Below, in pieces: positions 15,782 through 24,339 of a stretch of 35,978 bases of DNA. The translations under genes and the position numbers were made by a program. This DNA is from a virus. Numbering within the stretch: the stretch's first letter is position 1; every line of letters starts with the position of its first letter. The notes beneath the pieces were generated by a model, which saw nothing but the letters and a program-made list of their open reading frames with translations, had not been told where the DNA came from and searched no databases. The stretch covers positions 1 to 35,978 of IMG/VR virus record IMGVR_UViG_3300022693_000736, one strand, 5' to 3'.

Positions 15782-16165
15782 ATGACTATTAAAACTGAAA
15801 ATTTCAATCCGAAAACAGATACTAAATTGTTATGTACATGCGGTCATACTGAATGTGATAAAAGAAGCGTTCAACAATTAATATTAAACAGGGTTCAATT
15901 AATCCGTGAAGAAGCTGCAAGGCCATTAACAATCACTTCAGGTGGTCGCTGTATTCATCATCCTGACGAATTGGCAAGAGTTACACCGGCAGACCATCAA
16001 AATTGTGTTGCTGTTGATATTGGTGTTTTAAATGGTTTTGAACGTGGTCAAATAGTCGAGCTAGGCTTGTTGTATGGATTTAATGCAATTGGTATTGCAA
16101 AAACATTTGTACACCTTGGCTGTAGACCAGAATTAAAAAATAATGTCGTTATGTGGGTTTATTGA
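15782..16165 (+). CDS. Endolysin, a zinc peptidase of the M15 family (M15A / Peptidase_M15_3-like).
   Basis: 'PLTITSGGRCIHHPD...ADHQNCVAVDI' contains the H-x6-D motif, and 'FVHLG' supplies the third His. It is a small single-domain enzyme. Confidence 0.75.
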   Translation: MTIKTENFNPKTDTKLLCTCGHTECDKRSVQQLILNRVQLIREEAARPLTITSGGRCIHHPDELARVTPADHQNCVAVDIGVLNGFERGQIVELGLLYGFNAIGIAKTFVHLGCRPELKNNVVMWVY

Positions 16166-16166
16166 T

Positions 16167-16796
16167 GTGAAAATATTAGTAGCTTGTGAAGAAAGCCAGG
16201 CGGTAACAATTGAATTAAGAAAGCTAGGGCATGAGGCTTATAGTAATGATTTAATAGAATGTAGTGGTGGGCATCCTGAATGGCACGTACAACTTGATTG
16301 TTATTGGGCTATAAAGTTAAAAAAATGGGATATGATTATAATGCATCCTCCGTGTACGGCTATGGCAGTTTCAGGGAATAGTACTTACGGGTTAAATACA
16401 GATGGAACATGGAAACCAAAACACCATAAAAGAATAGCTGCTGTCATATGGACTCAGGAATTGTGGGACTTGGCTATCTCTGTTTGTGACAAGGTAGCAA
16501 TGGAAAACCCAGTAGGTGTATTAAATACTATGGGTAAGTTTCCTAAAGCTAAGTACATACAGCCTTATAAATTCGGACATATGGAACAAAAGAAAACTGG
16601 ACTATGGCTTCATGGTTTACCGGCACTAAATGAAACAAATGATGTTTATGATGAAATGATGTTACTACCTAAAAATGTCAGAGAGCGGTTACATTATTTA
16701 CCACCTGGACCCGACAGAACGAGATTAAGAAGTAAAACGTTTGCCGGTATAGCTAAAGCAATGGCTGAACAATGGGCTGGATTAAATAAAGGATAA
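16167..16796 (+). CDS. Divergent DNA cytosine-C5 methyltransferase-like protein.
   Basis: 'KILVACEESQ...' opens the Rossmann fold. 'MHPPCTAMAVSG' is motif IV (PC) and 'AMENPVG' is motif VI-like. GTG at 16167 avoids overlap with the endolysin gene. The track start is the ATG at 16143. Confidence 0.5.
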   Translation: MKILVACEESQAVTIELRKLGHEAYSNDLIECSGGHPEWHVQLDCYWAIKLKKWDMIIMHPPCTAMAVSGNSTYGLNTDGTWKPKHHKRIAAVIWTQELWDLAISVCDKVAMENPVGVLNTMGKFPKAKYIQPYKFGHMEQKKTGLWLHGLPALNETNDVYDEMMLLPKNVRERLHYLPPGPDRTRLRSKTFAGIAKAMAEQWAGLNKG

Positions 16797-16799
16797 ATA

Positions 16800-17348
16800 A
16801 TGAACATTAAAAGTATACTTATGACAATTGGTACGGGTTTATTATCTTCAACACCATTAGGTTTAGCAGCTTTACCGGTGATCAATGCTTTATTACCTCA
16901 TGATAAAAAATTACCTGTCGATGCAAGCGTGAGTCAAGCACAAGACATCATCAAAAATCTTGAACCTGATCAAGCCTATAAAATTGAAATGGCTGAAATT
17001 GATTTACTTGTTGAAGAGGAAAGAGGTCGAACTGAACGGTACAAAGCAATGTGTGAAAGTGATGGACAAGAGACTAGGGCAAAACTAGTCAACAAAGCCA
17101 TGAATGCATTAATAACTTTGTCTTTAATGTTTGTTGGTGCAATTGCTTATGTTTATATCAAAGATGGTGCACAGGTAGCCTTTAGCTATGAATTATCAGC
17201 TGCATTTCTTACTATTACCGGTACTTTTGCCTATGTGGTACGTGCTTACATGGGAGATTTAAGAACTGAAACAACATCAAGACACCAAACGATTGATGAA
17301 AAGCCAAGACCTGAAAGTTTTTTAACTGCATTTTTTAGCAAAAAATAA
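16800..17348 (+). CDS. Holin-like membrane protein.
   Basis: 182 aa with a small-residue N-terminus, a charged helical middle, and two C-terminal TM helices ('ALITLSLMFVGAIAYVYI', 'AAFLTITGTFAYVV'). The layout resembles 3TM GTA-type holins, and the gene lies near the endolysin. Confidence 0.4.
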   Translation: MNIKSILMTIGTGLLSSTPLGLAALPVINALLPHDKKLPVDASVSQAQDIIKNLEPDQAYKIEMAEIDLLVEEERGRTERYKAMCESDGQETRAKLVNKAMNALITLSLMFVGAIAYVYIKDGAQVAFSYELSAAFLTITGTFAYVVRAYMGDLRTETTSRHQTIDEKPRPESFLTAFFSKK

Positions 17349-17461
17349 TGATATACTAAAGAGCAATCAACAAGATTGTTAACTTAAAAAAGGTATTATC
17401 ATGATTTGTTTTATCGGTGATGAAAGCAAACCGCCAATTGGCGATTAAGGAATAATTAACA

Positions 17462-17914
17462 ATGTTATTAATATTTTGTTCGCTAAGTTTTATGTTATTA
17501 GCTATAGACAAAGAAAATCGGTTTGAATGGCTTTGCTTGTCGATGCTATGCGCCTTATTAGCGCTCAATGTATTATTAACAGACGTTACAGGGGGTGCAC
17601 GATATTTTATTCGTTCATCCCTTATTTTTTCATTCGCGCTATTTCTTGCTAGTAGGTGGTGTTTACTGGCTGGTTATCAAGCGGTTATACTGCTAATGTT
17701 TTTAATTGCTAATGGGTGCTTGTTGTTTGATGTGGCAATAAACAGGCATTTTCTAATATATAATTATTTTGAGAGCGTTATTTATGGACTGGTCACTTGT
17801 CAATTTATGGGGGTTTTCATTGTTCCTTTATCAAAAATATGGATTAATTTTTGTGGTTATTGCGCAAGTTATTATTCTGGCTATAAAAATAAATATATGG
17901 ATGATAAAATATGA
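17462..17914 (+). CDS. Polytopic membrane protein of 4-5 TM helices.
   Basis: 150 aa, strongly hydrophobic throughout. SD 'aagga' lies upstream. Confidence 0.55.
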   Translation: MLLIFCSLSFMLLAIDKENRFEWLCLSMLCALLALNVLLTDVTGGARYFIRSSLIFSFALFLASRWCLLAGYQAVILLMFLIANGCLLFDVAINRHFLIYNYFESVIYGLVTCQFMGVFIVPLSKIWINFCGYCASYYSGYKNKYMDDKI

Positions 17915-18168
17915 GCAACGCAACAAATGCGGCCAATGCCACCATAGTTTTAAGCGGCGGTCAGATGATAATAGCGACAGTGAATGAATACGCTACTATC
18001 ATTAGTTTAACTATCGGCCTTATAGGCCTTTTGACAGGGTTATTTTTTCACATTATTGCAGTCATAGACAGGCGAAAAAAAACCAATGAAGATATCAATA
18101 AAATAAAGAGTGAAGCTGTCAAAGAGTACATTAACAATCAAACCAAACGAGGTGATCAAGATGTCTAA
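17911..18168 (+). CDS. Single-TM membrane protein, possibly a holin, antiholin or spanin component.
   Basis: 85 aa with TM 'IISLTIGLIGLLTGLFFHIIAVI' followed by a charged C-terminus. ATGA overlap with the upstream gene. Confidence 0.5.
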   Translation: MSNATNAANATIVLSGGQMIIATVNEYATIISLTIGLIGLLTGLFFHIIAVIDRRKKTNEDINKIKSEAVKEYINNQTKRGDQDV

Positions 18169-18219
18169 AGATAATCGCAACAAAAAAACCAGGCAAGAAA
18201 GAAAACGGAAAAATGCAAG

Positions 18220-18489
18220 GTGACCCCCGATATTGACAAGTTAATTGAAGAATGTATCGATAGTTTAGCATCAGATAACATTCATCAAGGCGGGGAGTCT
18301 CTTCAGGAATTGGCGCGTTACTGGGCCAAAGCTGGTTTACAATTAAATTCATTTATGGATATGCGAACTTACATTATTGAAATGGCAAAAAAAAGAACTG
18401 ATGCCTTATTCATTGATGAAAAGCTTAGATTATCTGAAATATCGTTAAGAGAAAAACGCACCGGCTCAATTATTATAATTCAACATTAA
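18220..18489 (+). CDS. Hypothetical protein.
   Basis: 89-aa ORF with a GTG start. Confidence 0.4.
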   Translation: MTPDIDKLIEECIDSLASDNIHQGGESLQELARYWAKAGLQLNSFMDMRTYIIEMAKKRTDALFIDEKLRLSEISLREKRTGSIIIIQH

Positions 18490-18500
18490 AAGGAAAAATC

Positions 18501-18935
18501 ATGGCCAATACCACCAATCTAGAAAAAGCACGAGTTAAACTTGATGAAGCAATGTTAAATCATGAGGGTGATTTATATCCAGCTAATGCTATTAATTATT
18601 TAGAAGTAATTGCGGCTGAATTTAATTTAAGTGAAGAAAAGATACTTGAATTAAAAGCATTTAAATATCAACGCGAAATTTCACAGCCAATCAAAACTAA
18701 TACTGAAGGGCAAGATGCAAACAATGGCCAAAGCGAAAACGTTGTTGATTTTAATGTTAATGAAACACCTGAACCAACCACCGAAGAACGATTTGCGATT
18801 TTAGAAGAGAAATATGTTAATCTAGTTAACCTACTTTCAAAAGTCGCAGTATTAACCGGTAACGGTAACCATTTAAAAGAATATGGCATTGAACGATGGG
18901 TACCAGGCAAAAAGGATATGAATAAGTACGGCTAG
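18501..18935 (+). CDS. Hypothetical protein.
   Basis: 144-aa ORF with SD 'aaggaaaa' upstream. Confidence 0.6.
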   Translation: MANTTNLEKARVKLDEAMLNHEGDLYPANAINYLEVIAAEFNLSEEKILELKAFKYQREISQPIKTNTEGQDANNGQSENVVDFNVNETPEPTTEERFAILEEKYVNLVNLLSKVAVLTGNGNHLKEYGIERWVPGKKDMNKYG

Positions 18936-19129
18936 TGACCACACTAAATTTATGTGCAAAGAAAAAACGATACTCAAGCAAAAAGCGCGCAAAAAGAGCT
19001 TTAAGAATACTACTAGTAAAAGGTCGTAAACTTAGTTCTTATCACTGCAGCCACTGTCACGGGTATCATCTAACACATAAAAAGTCTATGAGTTATACTA
19101 TCAAGGCCAGAAAGAGAAAATTAAATTAA
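18935..19129 (+). CDS. Small basic Cys/His protein, possibly a zinc finger.
   Basis: 'C..KKRYSSKKRAKRA...YHCSHCHGYHLTHKK'. GTG start overlapping the upstream stop codon. Confidence 0.45.
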   Translation: MTTLNLCAKKKRYSSKKRAKRALRILLVKGRKLSSYHCSHCHGYHLTHKKSMSYTIKARKRKLN

Positions 19130-19154
19130 CGATTACCCTATAAGGATACTAATC

Positions 19155-19328
19155 ATGAACATTTATACAATCACCTTTACAAACAACCAATCAACCATCA
19201 TTCAAGCCAATTTTTTTAGAAAATACGAGGATACTGTATCTTTTTATATTAAAGCAGGTTTTTTAAAAACAGAGCTTATAGCATTATTCACTGAAATAAC
19301 TAAAGTCGAAAAAATAATTAAACATTAA
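19155..19328 (+). CDS. Small hypothetical protein of 57 aa, below the ORF-track cutoff.
   Basis: Hand translation gives MNIYTITFTNNQSTIIQANFFRKYEDTVSFYIKAGFLKTELIALFTEITKVEKIIKH*. SD 'aagga' lies 8 nt upstream. Confidence 0.5.
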   Translation: MNIYTITFTNNQSTIIQANFFRKYEDTVSFYIKAGFLKTELIALFTEITKVEKIIKH

Positions 19329-19356
19329 CAATCGCCCTTTATTTTGGATACCGATT

Positions 19357-19899
19357 ATGAAATTAAGTCAAAGAATATTAAATCAATTAATACAATTCAA
19401 TCATGAAACCGGCATTTCTACTTGGAAACACAGAAGTATAATTCACTTTAAAAATAAACAATCTCAAAAAAGATGGAATGCCATGTTTTCGGGAAAAACC
19501 ATTGGCACGAAATGGAAAAACCCTAAAAGCGGAAAGAAATACATCTTATTAAGCTTGTTTGGTAAAAAATATAGACTTCATCGAGTTTTATGGTTTATGA
19601 CTTACGGGGAATGGCCTAAAGATATTGATCATATCAATGGCGACGGTACAGATAATAGAATTTTAAACCTTAGAAATGTAACTCACAAAGATAACACCAG
19701 AAATCAAAAGTTAAACAAGAATAACAAAACCGGTATTGCTGGCGTGTCTTGGTGCTGTAAATCAAATAAATGGAGAGTAACAATAAGCTCTATGGGCATG
19801 GGCTATTACCACTGTTTTTTAGATGCTGTATCATTAAGAAAAAGCTTAGAGTTAAAGTTAAATTACCATTCAAATCATGGTAGTGTGAGACCTTTATGA
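19357..19899 (+). CDS. HNH endonuclease with an AP2-like domain (180 aa), directly upstream of terS.
   Basis: 'DIDHINGDGTDNRILNLRNVTHKDNTRN' and 'NKTGIAGVSW...KWRVTI'. Paralog of 845..1387. 4-nt overlap with terS. Confidence 0.85.
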   Translation: MKLSQRILNQLIQFNHETGISTWKHRSIIHFKNKQSQKRWNAMFSGKTIGTKWKNPKSGKKYILLSLFGKKYRLHRVLWFMTYGEWPKDIDHINGDGTDNRILNLRNVTHKDNTRNQKLNKNNKTGIAGVSWCCKSNKWRVTISSMGMGYYHCFLDAVSLRKSLELKLNYHSNHGSVRPL

Positions 19900-20276
19900 G
19901 TAAATCAAAACTAACCGCAAAGCAAAAACAATTCTGTAAAGAATACCTTATTGATTTAAATGCAACTCAAGCAGCTATTAGGGCTGGATACTCTAAAAAG
20001 ACAGCTAGAACCATTGCCGCACAAAACTTAGCAAAACTAAACATAGCTGAATACGTTCAAGAATTAATGAATAAACGGTCAGAAAAGGTTGAAATATCCT
20101 CTGATTGGGTGCTTAAAGGCATTAAAGACTTAACTGATAAACTAGTGGGAGGTGAAGACCCTAGCAAGGCTTATAAAGGCTTTGAGTTAGCCGGAAGACA
20201 TTTAAAGTTATTCACTGAAAAGTTTGAAGTAGAAGCAAACCTTGTTATAACTGAAATTAAACGCAAAATAGTTTAG
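19896..20276 (+). CDS. terS: Terminase small subunit (P27 / Terminase_2 family).
   Basis: 'LTAKQKQFCKEYLIDLNATQAAIRAGYSKKTARTIAAQNL' is close to the family consensus. Confidence 0.9.
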   Translation: MSKSKLTAKQKQFCKEYLIDLNATQAAIRAGYSKKTARTIAAQNLAKLNIAEYVQELMNKRSEKVEISSDWVLKGIKDLTDKLVGGEDPSKAYKGFELAGRHLKLFTEKFEVEANLVITEIKRKIV

Positions 20277-20366
20277 CTTACTTATCAATAGCTTAGTTAA
20301 CTTCTCTCACCGTAGATACAAAGGAAATTTTAATATTAATAAATACCAAAATACATAGGGGAAATT

Positions 20367-20585
20367 ATGTTTTCAATTAGACAAAAAAGAGAAATATCGG
20401 CAGCAGTACAAAAAGTACTGAGAGAAACTAAGCACCCTGAATTGCCTGATACTGAAATACAATTCCAACTACATGTTGATGGTGCTGAATCGTGGTCATG
20501 GGCTGATATAAAAAACAATGGCAACGTAACCGAACCATCAGTAAACCTACACAATGAATCGATGGATTCAGTAGATAGATTTTGA
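20367..20585 (+). CDS. Hypothetical protein between terS and terL.
   Basis: 72-aa ORF with SD 'agggga'. Its stop codon overlaps the terL start codon. Confidence 0.5.
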   Translation: MFSIRQKREISAAVQKVLRETKHPELPDTEIQFQLHVDGAESWSWADIKNNGNVTEPSVNLHNESMDSVDRF

Positions 20586-21877
20586 CAACATTACAAATAG
20601 ATACAGCTAAAGTATTCGAACCATTATTACAGCCAAGCCGATATAAGGGCGCTTGGGGTGGTCGTGGTTCTGGCAAGTCTCATTTCTTCGCGGGCTTAAT
20701 GGTTGAGGATCATTTAAGAATACCCGGGCTTCGTTCTGTTTGTATTCGTGAAGTGCAAAAAACCCTGAAAGAATCAGCTAAACGATTAATTGAAGATAAA
20801 ATTGCTGAATACGGTTTAATCAACCAAGGCTTTAGAATTCTAAATGATAGAATTGAAACTCCTGGTGGTGGCATAATCATATTTGTTGGCATGGCTGATC
20901 ATAACGCTGAGTCAATAAAATCACTTGAAGGTTTTGGGCGGGCATGGATAGAAGAAGCTCAGACATTAACTAAACGTTCACTTCAATTATTAAGGCCCAC
21001 AATAAGAGCTAAAGATTCTGAATTATGGTTTAGTTGGAATCCTTCACGCAAAAATGATGCTGTCGATGAATTACTTCGCGGTGATGAACTACCAACCAAT
21101 TCAATTATTGTTAAAGTAAATCATTCTGACAACCCTTGGTTCCCTGATGAACTTGAGCAAGAAAGGCAAGATGATGAAAGGGTAAGGCCTGATTCATATG
21201 ATCATGTTTGGAACGGTGGGTATATCACTGCACAAGACGGTGCCTATTTTGCCAAAGTAATTAACAAGGCCAAGCAAGAAGGTAGAATAAGTTTTGTTGC
21301 TCGTGATCCTTTGATGACTGTATATGCATTTTGGGATATTGGCGGCACTGGTGCAAAAGCTGATGCCTGTTCAATATGGATGGTTCAATTTATCGGGCAA
21401 AAGATTAACGTATTAAATTACTATGAGGCTCAAGGACAAGAACTATCAACTCATGTTGCATGGTTACGTGATAATGACTACGAAAAGGCTAAAATGTTTC
21501 TTCCTCATGATGGTGTTAAGCATGATGCAGTATTTAGAGTTAGTTATGAATCAGCATTGATGCAAGCTGGTTTCTTTGTTGAAATATTACCTAATGCCGG
21601 AGCTGGTGCAGTTAACCAAAGAATTGAGGCAGTAAGGCGCGTATTTGCAAGAATATGGATGGACTTTATTAAATGTGAAGGAGGTCTTGAAGCTTTAGGT
21701 TGGTATCATGAAAAGAAAGATGAACACCGTGATATTGGTCTTGGTCCTAATCATGACTGGTCGAGTCATGCTGCTGATTCATTCGGGGCTTTATGTTTAG
21801 AAGCTGAAAAGGTTGTTGCTATTCAGGAAATGAAATCAATACCAGCACAAGCAGGGGGATTTAATGTCTTCGGATAA
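20582..21877 (+). CDS. terL: Terminase large subunit (PBSX / Terminase_3-like).
   Basis: Walker A 'GGRGSGKSHF', 'IEEAQ' (Walker B-like), and a C-terminal nuclease region 'FWDIGGTG...HD'. TTG start coupled to the upstream stop codon. Confidence 0.9.
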   Translation: MTTLQIDTAKVFEPLLQPSRYKGAWGGRGSGKSHFFAGLMVEDHLRIPGLRSVCIREVQKTLKESAKRLIEDKIAEYGLINQGFRILNDRIETPGGGIIIFVGMADHNAESIKSLEGFGRAWIEEAQTLTKRSLQLLRPTIRAKDSELWFSWNPSRKNDAVDELLRGDELPTNSIIVKVNHSDNPWFPDELEQERQDDERVRPDSYDHVWNGGYITAQDGAYFAKVINKAKQEGRISFVARDPLMTVYAFWDIGGTGAKADACSIWMVQFIGQKINVLNYYEAQGQELSTHVAWLRDNDYEKAKMFLPHDGVKHDAVFRVSYESALMQAGFFVEILPNAGAGAVNQRIEAVRRVFARIWMDFIKCEGGLEALGWYHEKKDEHRDIGLGPNHDWSSHAADSFGALCLEAEKVVAIQEMKSIPAQAGGFNVFG

Positions 21878-22247
21878 TGAAATAACAGAAGAATGGTATG
21901 TCTGCTTTGGTGGTAAATGTGAGAAGCATTGGGTTCAGAAGCTTTTAAGGGTTGGCTTTTACCATTGTTATGCTTTCAAGCTTTCACCTGGCGGGCAATT
22001 TTACATTGTTGTTAACCCCGTAAGAAGTCATACCGATATTGATTTATTACCTGTTAACGATGAAAACTTCAACAAACTGACAAATTGCACAAAGTTTGTT
22101 AAAGTTATCTGTAATATCAACGCGGATAAAGATAGGGGGCATGTATGCCGCTTTAATTGCGTTGAGATGATTAAATCATTGATTGGTGTTTCTTCCTTTT
22201 GGACTTGGACACCGTTGCAATTGTATAGGAGCATAAATCATGGGTGA
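21864..22247 (+). CDS. Hypothetical Cys/His-containing protein, possibly a permuted NlpC/P60 (LRAT-like) fold.
   Basis: 127 aa with 'GFYHCYAF' and 'RFNCVEMIKSL'. The fold assignment is speculative. Confidence 0.55.
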   Translation: MSSDNEITEEWYVCFGGKCEKHWVQKLLRVGFYHCYAFKLSPGGQFYIVVNPVRSHTDIDLLPVNDENFNKLTNCTKFVKVICNINADKDRGHVCRFNCVEMIKSLIGVSSFWTWTPLQLYRSINHG

Positions 22248-22503
22248 AGCATTAAAAAAACCTTTATCATTAGACCCCTTCGGATTATTTAAAACGGGCA
22301 GAAGTGCCGCAAAACGCGCTCAAAAAGAACAAACACAACTTATCTCCAAGCAACGTCAAGCCGACGAATTAAAACTTGCTGAAGAAGAAGACGTTATTGG
22401 TCGCAAAAAGCTTTTAGCTTCAAGTGGTCGTGCCGGTAGACGTTCGTTAATAAGAACTAGTGAAACAGGTACTAAATCTACTAACTTGGGTGGTACTACT
22501 TAA
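22240..22503 (+). CDS. Small basic protein upstream of the portal gene, possibly a virion protein.
   Basis: 87-aa ORF with a charged, helical middle and 'GRAGRRSLI' near the C-terminus. Confidence 0.55.
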   Translation: MGEALKKPLSLDPFGLFKTGRSAAKRAQKEQTQLISKQRQADELKLAEEEDVIGRKKLLASSGRAGRRSLIRTSETGTKSTNLGGTT

Positions 22504-24050
22504 TGGCTACCATCCCAAAAGGTTTAGGAACTGTTAATCAGCTTTTAAAAAGGTTTAGTAATTCCGAGTCGCGCTTTAATCAATGGCGTTCATTACATCA
22601 GGAAGCAATGGATTTTTCTAATCCTCAACGTGAAACTTTCAACCTGCATTCAGAAGGACAAACCAAAAACCGCTTTGTTTATGATTCAACCGCTGAAGAA
22701 GGTCTTGAACAATTTTCTTCACGAATTCAAGGTTCATTAATGCCAAGCTGGCAACAATGGATGAGTCTTGCTGCTGGTGATGATATTCCCAAAGGTGAAA
22801 AGGAAGATGCAGATAAAGCACTTGGCGAGGCTACTGATACTTTCTTTTCTCATTTAAATCACTCTAACTTTGACACTGAAATAACTCCTTCACTATCTGA
22901 TTTAGGTATTGGGACGGGTTGTATTTTAATTGAAGAGAATGATTTTGATGAAAGTTCAGCTTTAAAGTTTACCAATATTCCATTGTCTGAATTGTATATT
23001 GAAAAACCAGCGAGGGGAGCAATTAAGAATGTTTGGCGTAAACAGAAAGTTGAAGCCGGTAACATTAAAACAACTTGGCCTGATGCTGACATCCCTTCTG
23101 AACTTGAAAAGATTATTAAAAAGGATCCATTTGCTGAAGTAGAAATTAAAAATGCAATGCTCTTTAATACTAAGTCAAAGAAATATACGCAAATTGTCAT
23201 ATGGGAAAAATCAGTTTTATTCTCACAAGAATTTGATACTAGAAGAATGTTGGTGTTTCGTTGGTCGGTTGTTCCTGGTGAGGCTTACGGTAGAGGCCCA
23301 GCAATTAAAAAATTACCTGACATTAGAACAGCAAATAAAATTGTTGAACTAGTCCTTGGTAATGCTGCTTTGCAAATGTCTGGTGTTTATACCGGTAAGA
23401 GTGATGGTATATTTAACCCGTTCACAACTCGTATTGCCCCAGGTTCAATTATACCGGTAGCAAGTAATGATAATTCAAACCCTACTTTAAGGCCCTTAAC
23501 ACCTTCAGGTAATTTGGGTATTGCTGATAACCTTCTTGAACAAATGCAAAATAGCATTAGAAAGGCTTTCTTTTCTGAACCATTAGGTGATTTATCTGAT
23601 CCTGTTCGTTCTGCAACTGAAAACATTATTCGTAACCAAGAGTTCTTAAAACAATCAGGCGCTTCTATTGGTCGTTTAAAATCAGAATTGATTGAACCAT
23701 TGGTTGCCGCTGTTGTTGATATTCTTATTAACCGTGGCAAAATTGCAGAATTCAAGGTCGATGGTAAAGACGTAACCATTAAACAATTATCACCACTGGC
23801 AAAAGCTGAAGATTTAGAGAACTTCCAAAACACACAATTGTGGTTAAGTTCAATGGCTCAGTTTATACCGCCAGAAATATTAGCATTAAAAGTTAAGGTT
23901 GAAGATTTGCCTGGTGAATTTGCTAAACAACTTGGTATTAATTTAGATTTAATCCGTAGTGATGAAGAAACCGCTAATGTCGCTAAAACAGTACAAGAAT
24001 CAGCAAAGGCAGCATTAGAAGGAGGCCCATCAAATGAACCAATCACGTGA
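22503..24050 (+). CDS. Portal (head-to-tail connector), T7 gp8-like family.
   Basis: 515 aa. 'PGEAYGRGPAIKKLPDIRTAN' parallels T7 gp8 'GESYGRSYIEEYLGDLRSLE'. The gene lies after terL. Confidence 0.85.
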   Translation: MATIPKGLGTVNQLLKRFSNSESRFNQWRSLHQEAMDFSNPQRETFNLHSEGQTKNRFVYDSTAEEGLEQFSSRIQGSLMPSWQQWMSLAAGDDIPKGEKEDADKALGEATDTFFSHLNHSNFDTEITPSLSDLGIGTGCILIEENDFDESSALKFTNIPLSELYIEKPARGAIKNVWRKQKVEAGNIKTTWPDADIPSELEKIIKKDPFAEVEIKNAMLFNTKSKKYTQIVIWEKSVLFSQEFDTRRMLVFRWSVVPGEAYGRGPAIKKLPDIRTANKIVELVLGNAALQMSGVYTGKSDGIFNPFTTRIAPGSIIPVASNDNSNPTLRPLTPSGNLGIADNLLEQMQNSIRKAFFSEPLGDLSDPVRSATENIIRNQEFLKQSGASIGRLKSELIEPLVAAVVDILINRGKIAEFKVDGKDVTIKQLSPLAKAEDLENFQNTQLWLSSMAQFIPPEILALKVKVEDLPGEFAKQLGINLDLIRSDEETANVAKTVQESAKAALEGGPSNEPIT

Positions 24051-24336
24051 ACCAGTTAACGGCTTTGATTTAATTGTTGGAATTTCTGACCCTACAGATA
24101 TTGCAAAAGCAAATGCACAACAAAAAGAACATTTTAATAAATACAATCAAATTCTTCATCAAGTTTTTGAACAAAACCCACAAGGTAAGGAATTATTAAA
24201 CATTTGGAAAGAAGCTTTAATAATAACACCAACCGTTACACCTCATTCAACGCAATTTCAAGCGGGAATTGAAGAAGGTAAAAAAGAATTTACACGTAAT
24301 ATTTTATTAGCAATTAAATCAGTTGAAGGAAACTAA
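24034..24336 (+). CDS. Hypothetical protein.
   Basis: 100-aa ORF overlapping the portal 3' end by 17 nt. Confidence 0.5.
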   Translation: MNQSREPVNGFDLIVGISDPTDIAKANAQQKEHFNKYNQILHQVFEQNPQGKELLNIWKEALIITPTVTPHSTQFQAGIEEGKKEFTRNILLAIKSVEGN

Positions 24337-24339
24337 AAT

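Noticed and set aside
17769-17987. 72-aa plus-strand ORF overlapping the ends of two membrane-protein genes.
   Set aside because: It is an alternative frame of better-supported ORFs, 17462..17914 and 17911..18168, which are joined by an ATGA overlap.
18161-18223. A 20-aa highly basic ORF (MSKDNRNKKTRQERKRKNAR) containing an A7 run, bridging ORFs 17911..18168 and 18220..18489. This could be a frameshift site.
   Set aside because: There is no evidence that the flanking ORFs form one protein. The peptide is very short, and simple translational coupling through overlapping stop and start codons explains the layout.
20336-20892. Minus-strand ORFs 20336..20554, 20428..20676 and 20710..20892 in the terminase region.
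   Set aside because: They are antisense to the co-directional late operon and to the terL 5' end, and they lack an SD and motifs.
22639-24046. Several 60-148-aa ORFs overlapping the portal gene: 22639..22821(-), 22859..23200(-), 23152..23352(+, alternate frame), 23387..23833(-) and 23858..24046(-).
   Set aside because: All lie within the well-supported portal CDS, and none has recognisable motifs or an SD.
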